IMG/VR virus record: IMGVR_UViG_2814123225_000005
Strand: one strand, 5' to 3'
DNA length: 64,000 bases
From: a virus
The notes beneath the pieces were generated by a model that was given only the letters and a program-made list of their open reading frames with translations, ran no database searches and was not told the origin of the DNA. The translations under genes and the position numbers were made by a program. Shown piece after piece: positions 57,741 to 64,000 of the stretch (within the stretch, counting starts at the first letter, position 1; the number at the start of each line of letters is the position of its first letter).

Positions 57741-58304
57741 TTACGCTAGTGCCTTTCGACATCTAGCCCTGAAGCGATGGGTGTACGTCCGGTTTGATGA
57801 AATCTTACCTCCGCAATTTTTGGCTATCACCCTTGCGATGTACTTCGTCTCATCAATACCACTTGCCCATAGCTTTAGTATCATCTCCTTTCGAGGATCG
57901 CCTTCCGCTAAGAGGGCGATTTTCTCGTTAACCATCAATCCATCATCGATAACTGCTGAGTCATCTATTACCGTCGACTCAAGCTCAATCTCTGAGCGTT
58001 TTTCGGATAAAGAGATAACTACAGGAGTCTCACTAAATCTCTTACGCGATTCCTTCAAACAACTATTTATCTTAAACATTGCTAGGTTATAGAAATTTCC
58101 TTTTCTAGGATCAAAAGCCCTAACCGCACTGTCTATCCTCGTGAAGCATGATTCTTCGAATTTGGCTTCGTTTCGTATGCTGTGCCAATTGTGGTTTGAC
58201 ATTTTATGAATTTCGCCAATTAATTCCGCCTTTATTTTCCAGAGAGATTCTTCACATCCGAGTTTTGCCTTAAGTGCCAAAGTATTCAGTTTGCTCTTAT
58301 CCAA
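57741..58304 (-). CDS. Sigma-factor-like protein
   Basis: LALKAK.G.EESL; AVRAFDPRKGNF region-2-like motif. Confidence 0.6.
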   Translation of the reverse strand: MDKSKLNTLALKAKLGCEESLWKIKAELIGEIHKMSNHNWHSIRNEAKFEESCFTRIDSAVRAFDPRKGNFYNLAMFKINSCLKESRKRFSETPVVISLSEKRSEIELESTVIDDSAVIDDGLMVNEKIALLAEGDPRKEMILKLWASGIDETKYIARVIAKNCGGKISSNRTYTHRFRARCRKALA

Positions 58305-58356
58305 CCCGTTTTTCCCTCCTATTTATATACCATCATAAAATCGCTAAAGTGTAACA

Positions 58357-59316
58357 TTAACTTAAAAATTTTTTACATAATTTTCTTCGCTCGAAATATT
58401 CCCTTAATTTCTGCAATCCCTCAGCCTGAGCCACCTCGTTCACGTCCTTATAACGTTTGGGAAACCCCGCAACTCCGACGCGCAAGTCCCCGCCTAGCAT
58501 ACGGATAACCTCTCGCTTAAGCGCCTGCCCAACGTCGTCATGATCGGACATAACGAAAATTTCCTCAATTGGGCTTCGTATAATTACAGCCGCCTTCTCC
58601 TTGTTAATCACACCTCCACCGGCAGCAACCGCAGGAACGCCCGCACTCATAAGCGTCAGCGCATCGATCTCGGCCTCCACGATCGCAGCCCGCCGGCAAC
58701 GATGCCGGTAGATATAGTCGATGCCGTATACGAGCTCCTTAATGGGACGCCCACCTTTCACGTACCAAAATTTCTTTCCGGTTACGCTGCGGTACTTGAT
58801 ATTGAGTAACTGCCCGTTTGGACCAAACCACGGAATGGTAACGGCATTTTTGCTTGGACAGTACCCCGTCTGCATTTCCCGTTGGACACCTGCGGTGATA
58901 CAACGGGATGCTAAATACGGATGGTCATGGCGGTATTCCTCAAGTAGACCGACGTGGAGTACCGGCTTTCTCGGCCTTTCTGCCGATAATCTAACGCGCC
59001 TAAGGACGGGTGTTTCTTGTTGTTCGTCATTTTCGTATTTACGCCGCAAATATTCGTCTGCTTCTCTGTAAGAAACGTCCATCAGAAACGATAGAAGCTT
59101 CGTAAAATTTCCGCTGGTCCATTCCGGGTCAGTGCCGCCAAAGTCATGCCAGCAACCGTAATAATCGGAGTCCTCCCGAAGGTCTACGAAGAATGACGGA
59201 GTATCATCATCCGTGCGAAACGGCGAACTTGCGATAAAGCTATCGACTGCTGGCCGGACGTTTCGCCAGTCAAATTGCTCTAATTCGTATAGCACATCGA
59301 TATACAATCCGGCCAC
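58357..59316 (-). CDS. DNA primase (TOPRIM)
   Basis: VTIPW; NIKYR; IVEAEIDALT; DHDDVG; KDVNE. Confidence 0.92.
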   Translation of the reverse strand: MAGLYIDVLYELEQFDWRNVRPAVDSFIASSPFRTDDDTPSFFVDLREDSDYYGCWHDFGGTDPEWTSGNFTKLLSFLMDVSYREADEYLRRKYENDEQQETPVLRRVRLSAERPRKPVLHVGLLEEYRHDHPYLASRCITAGVQREMQTGYCPSKNAVTIPWFGPNGQLLNIKYRSVTGKKFWYVKGGRPIKELVYGIDYIYRHRCRRAAIVEAEIDALTLMSAGVPAVAAGGGVINKEKAAVIIRSPIEEIFVMSDHDDVGQALKREVIRMLGGDLRVGVAGFPKRYKDVNEVAQAEGLQKLREYFERRKLCKKFLS

Positions 59317-59319
59317 CTC

Positions 59320-60696
59320 CTAGAAAACTCCTGTAAACTGCTCCGCGGCCTCCTCGGCTTTTGGGTACTCCCGCAGGACTCCGTAATCTAGTAGTGCCAC
59401 AAGGTCCAGCCGGAAGTCCTCGCCGCCATTTCGCCCCTTCTCTATGCCCAATGCGGCTATACCCTCTTTTTCTATAGAGTCAAACCCGAGCAGAACCGTT
59501 GCAATGTCTAAGAGTCGTTTGGTCGTCTTAACCTGATCGCGTTTGGGAGTCTTTAGCTCCCGCTGCTCCTCCTCGTCAAGCCGTTTCTTTTCCACGGTCA
59601 CCTGGATACTGTAGAATCCGACGACATCATTTTCCCCGACAATCCTCTCGAACCGGGAGGCCGCATACTCAGCCGCACCACCTGCCGTTTTGTTTGCGTT
59701 TCGTCCGTATACGTCGGACAAACCGTAGAATGGGTCTAGAATTACTACGTCAACTTTAGTCGTTTGTAACTCACGCTCGAGATCATCGAGGGTTCGCGTA
59801 AGCTCGGAGCCACCTTTCCCCTGAAAGTAGAGCTTCCCGGGATAGTAGTCGGCCAGCTTGGATACGACGTCCTCAAAGTTCTCCCGGACGAAATCCTCTA
59901 GCTTTCCCGATAGAATGGCTTTGTTCGGAATCCCCAGTGGTGTCTGTGTCTCCTCGTCCTTAAAGAGCCCATCTACCGCAGTCGCAACTGAGATAAGCCG
60001 AGCCAGCCAAACGTATTCTTTGACTTCGTAGGACTTGACGAGGACACTCGCGCCCTGCCGGAGCAGCTTATCTACAATCGCGATGAGTAGATACGTCTTC
60101 CCCCGGCCAGACTCCGCCATGATTCCGTAGATATCCCCGCTGTAAAACCCGCCAATTTCCCGGTCTAACGCCTCAAAAGGGGTTTTCCATAGCCGGAACG
60201 ATTTACCGGCTTCTCTGCGCTTATATTCCCGTAGAAAGTCCGCGGACATTTCGTCCAGCGTACGGCCTATTTTTGTGCCGGTTCCGACGTTAAGCGTCTC
60301 CTTTATGCGGTCGGACTCCTTTGTAAACCATGCAACAAACTCATCAAACGATAGCTCCGAGAATTTCTCCTCGACTTCAGAGGTTCGCTTACCCTTTGTC
60401 GGATTGAACAAGTCGGCTACCATTTTCTTTCCGGCACGATCCTTTAGCTCCCAAGTTAGGTACTCGTAGCTGTCCGACACGTCCGGTATATACGTCACAT
60501 CAGGGCAAGCAGAGACATACGTCGCATAGCTCGGCGCGTTCCCTCCATTTTTGCTCGCATACCTGACGATAAAGTCATAGGCGGCCCACTCTGGTTCTGT
60601 TGCAAAGTGGTAACGTTCGATCCCGTACTTCTTAAGAGCCAGAACGTCGTTTGTATCCACTATTTTTGAAAGCAGTTGCTCACCGTGTACACTCAC
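59320..60696 (-). CDS. DnaB-like replicative helicase
   Basis: GIMAESGRGKT; VVILDPFY; EKGRNG. Confidence 0.9.
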   Translation of the reverse strand: MSVHGEQLLSKIVDTNDVLALKKYGIERYHFATEPEWAAYDFIVRYASKNGGNAPSYATYVSACPDVTYIPDVSDSYEYLTWELKDRAGKKMVADLFNPTKGKRTSEVEEKFSELSFDEFVAWFTKESDRIKETLNVGTGTKIGRTLDEMSADFLREYKRREAGKSFRLWKTPFEALDREIGGFYSGDIYGIMAESGRGKTYLLIAIVDKLLRQGASVLVKSYEVKEYVWLARLISVATAVDGLFKDEETQTPLGIPNKAILSGKLEDFVRENFEDVVSKLADYYPGKLYFQGKGGSELTRTLDDLERELQTTKVDVVILDPFYGLSDVYGRNANKTAGGAAEYAASRFERIVGENDVVGFYSIQVTVEKKRLDEEEQRELKTPKRDQVKTTKRLLDIATVLLGFDSIEKEGIAALGIEKGRNGGEDFRLDLVALLDYGVLREYPKAEEAAEQFTGVF

Positions 60697-61463
60697 CGTC
60701 TTAACCCCCTTTTGCTTTCGCCGACAAATATTAGTTCTGCGCACCTATCCCGTATGCGGTCGACAAGCCGAGGTGATGGCTCCCGGAATACCTCGTTTAG
60801 ATCGGCCAGCGGAATATTTGAGGTATATACAGTCGGAAGGCCGGCCGTTACCCGCGTATTGATCAGCCGATGGAGGTCCCCGCGGAATGCCTCCGTAGAG
60901 TCCCGGACTCCGATATCGTCTAATACAGCAAGCGGTACCTCCATTGCGTGCTTTTGAGCGGCGTAATACCGGGCAGATGCGGCCTCCCCGATGTGTTCAG
61001 GTATATTCCTCCGGTTGAACTCGTTGTAGTCGTTTTGCCATGCGTTTACATCGAGGAAATAGACTGGCCTTTCCAGTGGCTGCCGTCCCCGACGGAGGCT
61101 CCCGATGTAGTGACAGATAAGGTATTCCGTTGCGATTGCGCAGGCTGTCGTTGTCTTTCCGGTCCCTGTCGTATGGGAGCGCAGATACAGCGATTTGATC
61201 GGCTCGGCATCAGCCTCAAACTGACGGGGAAAGGTGCCTACGTAACTCTTCAGGAAATCGTATATCTTCGCTTGAACCTCGCGGGCCGGAGACGAGGTAA
61301 GCGTAATGAATTGGTACTCTGTCGGTATGTTCGCTGCTCCGTACCGGCCGCCCAAGCCATTATAACCATGGAGCCCGACGTAATAGGAACACATACGATT
61401 GCACAAGTCGGTGTCAGCGTTTTTGCAATGTTGCCGCAGGATGCAGTTTTTTGAATGAGACAA
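60693..61463 (-). CDS. DnaC/IstB-like ATPase (helicase loader)
   Basis: TGTGKTT; VLDDIG; YTSN; RLVDRI. Confidence 0.88.
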   Translation of the reverse strand: MSHSKNCILRQHCKNADTDLCNRMCSYYVGLHGYNGLGGRYGAANIPTEYQFITLTSSPAREVQAKIYDFLKSYVGTFPRQFEADAEPIKSLYLRSHTTGTGKTTTACAIATEYLICHYIGSLRRGRQPLERPVYFLDVNAWQNDYNEFNRRNIPEHIGEAASARYYAAQKHAMEVPLAVLDDIGVRDSTEAFRGDLHRLINTRVTAGLPTVYTSNIPLADLNEVFREPSPRLVDRIRDRCAELIFVGESKRGLRR

Positions 61464-61470
61464 CTTAAGA

Positions 61471-61737
61471 TCACCCTCCTTCTAATTCGAGCAAAAAATT
61501 ATTCAACTCGACTAATCTAAGCCGGGTGTCCTCCGTCCAAAGCGATTTTATCGTCTTTTTGTAGAGGGCCGATGCATCGTACACCATCACTATCGGGTCG
61601 AATATTCCCATCTCTCGCAGACGCTCCATGAAATTCGTTAGCTCATCATCTGACATTGGCAAGGAGGTCCATATGCCGCCTTTGCAAAATCCAATTTTAA
61701 ATTGCCAAGCGTCTACGACATAGGCTTTAGTTTTCAT
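61471..61737 (-). CDS. Hypothetical protein
   Basis: ORF with SD. Confidence 0.6.
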   Translation of the reverse strand: MKTKAYVVDAWQFKIGFCKGGIWTSLPMSDDELTNFMERLREMGIFDPIVMVYDASALYKKTIKSLWTEDTRLRLVELNNFLLELEGG

Positions 61738-61747
61738 ACAGCGCCTC

Positions 61748-62275
61748 CTATATGCGGATTAATTCCGAGTTAAATACACGTGCCTTTGATCGTACGAAGG
61801 ACAGAAACTCCGGACCTTTTCCTTCTCGGATAAGCGTATTCAGTACCAAACTTCTCGGATCAACCCTGCCTAACGTCATTTTCCGTTTGGCTCTGTATCC
61901 CGTGACTTCTTCGAACTCGTCGAACAGTTCTTTGTAGACTCGGCTTTTTGACTCCTGCTTCCGGTTAGTCCGACATAGCTTCCAGAAATACTCAACTGCC
62001 GACCTTATGTCTAACCAAAGGGTTTCTAATTCCCTCTCTTGCCTCGGAGTTAGCCTTAATTGCGGTGTTTTCGGCTGGGCAAGACGCAATTGTATATTAT
62101 CTGTTTTGGGTACGGTTCCCCTCTTGATGGCCCGTAATTTGCTTGTGTCAGCCAGTTGTTGAGTAGAAAAAATTTGTGAAACAATCGGCGCGAGTACGTT
62201 AAGCACCTCTTGATTCGTATCAAATTCGATTGCAAATTTCCCATTCCGATTTAAGACTAGCTTTGCAATTTCCAC
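61748..62275 (-). CDS. Hypothetical protein
   Basis: ORF with SD GGAGG. Confidence 0.65.
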   Translation of the reverse strand: MEIAKLVLNRNGKFAIEFDTNQEVLNVLAPIVSQIFSTQQLADTSKLRAIKRGTVPKTDNIQLRLAQPKTPQLRLTPRQERELETLWLDIRSAVEYFWKLCRTNRKQESKSRVYKELFDEFEEVTGYRAKRKMTLGRVDPRSLVLNTLIREGKGPEFLSFVRSKARVFNSELIRI

Positions 62276-62277
62276 AT

Positions 62278-62400
62278 TTAAACCCTCCTAATGATATTGA
62301 GTAGTACTTCTGCTTCTTTTATGTTGTTTTCAATTATTTCTTGAAGTTCGTCCATTTCCAATTTCATTAGTTCCTCCACCGTCAGTTGCTTCTTCTCCAC
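62278..62400 (-). CDS. 40-aa acidic peptide, homologue of 8878-9009
   Basis: AAGGAGG-7-GTG; LMKLEMDELQEIIENNIKEAE. Confidence 0.6.
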   Translation of the reverse strand: MEKKQLTVEELMKLEMDELQEIIENNIKEAEVLLNIIRRV

Positions 62401-62412
62401 GCCATAACCTCC

Positions 62413-63255
62413 TTACATCACCCTAACGTCATTAATATCAATCACTTCCGCTTTGCCCCTAGGCGCCCCGTCCAAGACTCGCTGCATCCCGTTAATAAAC
62501 TCTTTTAGCGCGTCGAGGCTTGTTACGTAATTCTCGTAAGCTTCATCGGAAATTCCCGTAAATGATGCCTTAAACGTGGTCAGGTGGGCGTAGTTCAGGA
62601 GAAACGTCTGGACATCGTCAGCAAATTGTGCAGCTGCACCGTCAACCTCGGTATGATTCGATATCCTATCGGTGACGATACCGTCAATGTCTCCGTATTT
62701 TGCCTCATACCGTTTTAGCCGGTCGCTAACCCTAGGGTCGGGCACGTATTCCGTTTTAGGCGGCTGCTGCCGGATCGCCTCTAGCGTATCCCGGATTGCT
62801 TCGGTTCGTTCATCGGCCTCTTTCCGTGCTTTCTCCTCGGCTTTAAGTGCCGCCTTGACTTCTCGGAGTTCACGCACGGTCATGTCCTCGACCGTTTTCG
62901 TCTGACCGGTTGATGGGATTGTGTGCGGCTTGGTGCGCTCCTCTGGCGGGAGTGTTGCGATTTGATACAACATTTCAACTCCCAAATGGGAAGACGTCTT
63001 CCCACTTTCGGATAATTCGTCGGTAACTCTCACAAACATATTTGCATAACGTCGAGACATCCCCAAGTCGTTTTCACACCAAGTATTCCAACCGCCACGT
63101 TCTTCGGCGAGTTTTTCCCTTCTTACATGCTTTAATCGTCGACCAATTTCGAATATGGCCTCACCCGCAACTCGTTTATAAGCGTTTATCTCTGCCGTCA
63201 GGGTTGCGAGGTCCGACGATAACTCCCCGGTCTGTTTTTCCGCTACCTTTGTCAT
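62413..63255 (-). CDS. DUF3102-domain protein
   Basis: LTAEINAYK..AGEAIFEIGRRLKHV; GGWNTWC; MTVRELREVK. Confidence 0.85.
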   Translation of the reverse strand: MTKVAEKQTGELSSDLATLTAEINAYKRVAGEAIFEIGRRLKHVRREKLAEERGGWNTWCENDLGMSRRYANMFVRVTDELSESGKTSSHLGVEMLYQIATLPPEERTKPHTIPSTGQTKTVEDMTVRELREVKAALKAEEKARKEADERTEAIRDTLEAIRQQPPKTEYVPDPRVSDRLKRYEAKYGDIDGIVTDRISNHTEVDGAAAQFADDVQTFLLNYAHLTTFKASFTGISDEAYENYVTSLDALKEFINGMQRVLDGAPRGKAEVIDINDVRVM

Positions 63256-63271
63256 TTGTCTACGCCTCCTT

Positions 63272-63721
63272 CTAGAGCCACGATGATAGCTCCGATATAT
63301 CCGTTTCCTGCTCCTCAGTCTTCTTCTCCGCCGCCAGCACCTGCGGGAGTATCCGCCCGGCCATATACGATAGTACAAACCCTGCCGTCAGGATCGGGTA
63401 CTTCCGGGATGGCCGGTACTCCCGGAATGCCCGATCGAATACCTTCTGTAAGACTTCTGGTCCGTATGATTTCAGATTCCGCTTGATCACGCCCTGCTCA
63501 AATTTCCAGTTTCGCATAGGTACGTATTCCGCGTCGTATAGTTCGCGGTTCATCTCGATAAAATAAGCATGAACGGTGCGGACGTTCCATTTCTCGATTG
63601 GAAGGTTCCGCCAGTCATCTGACTTAATTTTCGCTACCAAAATACCGAGGCACCCCCAACTCATGCCAATTAGTCCCGATAGTGTCGCGAACTTCGTCAG
63701 CAATTCTCTGGTATTCCGCAA
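63272..63721 (-). CDS. Phage replication-module hypothetical protein
   Basis: DWRNLPIEKWNV..VH.YF; real start near LVAKIK. Confidence 0.65.
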   Translation of the reverse strand: MRNTRELLTKFATLSGLIGMSWGCLGILVAKIKSDDWRNLPIEKWNVRTVHAYFIEMNRELYDAEYVPMRNWKFEQGVIKRNLKSYGPEVLQKVFDRAFREYRPSRKYPILTAGFVLSYMAGRILPQVLAAEKKTEEQETDISELSSWL

Positions 63722-63926
63722 GCAACTGGCCCAAGCTACCTACGGCACTACCTCGGTTATTACCCTCTCGGATAATGACGTCTTCTATCGCTGCCATTAG
63801 TCCGAATTGGCCTAACTTGTAGTAACCGGAATCCCGCCAAGTCTCCCGCGGTTCGGGTGACTTTCCGTTTTTCTTAAGGCCCTCCCAGTTCGGGGACCTC
63901 GTTGGATCAGTGAATCTTCGTTCCAT
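63624..63926 (-). CDS. Hypothetical protein
   Basis: ORF; overlap makes start of next gene uncertain. Confidence 0.5.
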   Translation of the reverse strand: MERRFTDPTRSPNWEGLKKNGKSPEPRETWRDSGYYKLGQFGLMAAIEDVIIREGNNRGSAVGSLGQLLAEYQRIADEVRDTIGTNWHELGVPRYFGSEN

Positions 63927-64000
63927 GATAATAAAGTTCCGATCGTCCGCTCGAAGGCGGAAGTTTTCGGTCAGGCGGATGTCGATCTTTTTACTCGCCA

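Larger units (their letters stand above)
13443..64000. mobile_element. Prophage 2, defective siphovirus-type element (continues beyond right edge)
   Basis: Lysis, tail, head, packaging and replication modules in order; att-arm motifs at left end; integrase not in window. Confidence 0.93.

Overview
Low-GC Gram-positive chromosome, most like Paenibacillus (probably P. larvae, inferred from protein styles and the IS256; not proven). The window is almost entirely two prophages lying back to back. Prophage 1 (1-~13050, continues off the left edge) shows its early region: recombination/replication genes, a C5 methylase, Rha, xis, cro/cI, ImmA and a tyrosine integrase. Only ~400 bp of host DNA follow: the 5' part of a DUF6382-like gene and the 3' tip of a prepilin-peptidase-like gene, so each prophage appears to have broken one of two adjacent pilus-locus genes. 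Prophage 2 (~13443 to the right edge) is a large siphovirus-type element with an accessory end region, lysis, tail, head, packaging, methylases, nucleotide metabolism and its own PolA/primase/helicase. It is decayed: in-frame stops in tape measure (TAA), TerL (TAG) and PolA (TGA), a frameshifting deletion in the endolysin, a deletion fusing nrdA to dut, and an IS256 insertion. Best leads: (1) five to six prophage 2 genes that seem to start at near-cognate codons (ACG, ATC, CTG, ATA, GTA) behind strong SD sequences; (2) a PolA split inside motif 2 by a translationally coupled small gene; (3) toxin-free counter-defence candidates (MazE C-terminal tail fusion next to a Panacea antitoxin, and an Acb2/Tad1-like hairpin protein); (4) a YonT/SR6-like type I TA locus with an SOS-like box; (5) an unannotated ~100-nt sRNA behind the endolysin; (6) a structured leader upstream of the gp32-like SSB. 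No tRNA, rRNA or CRISPR array was seen. Family names come from motif recognition, not database searches.
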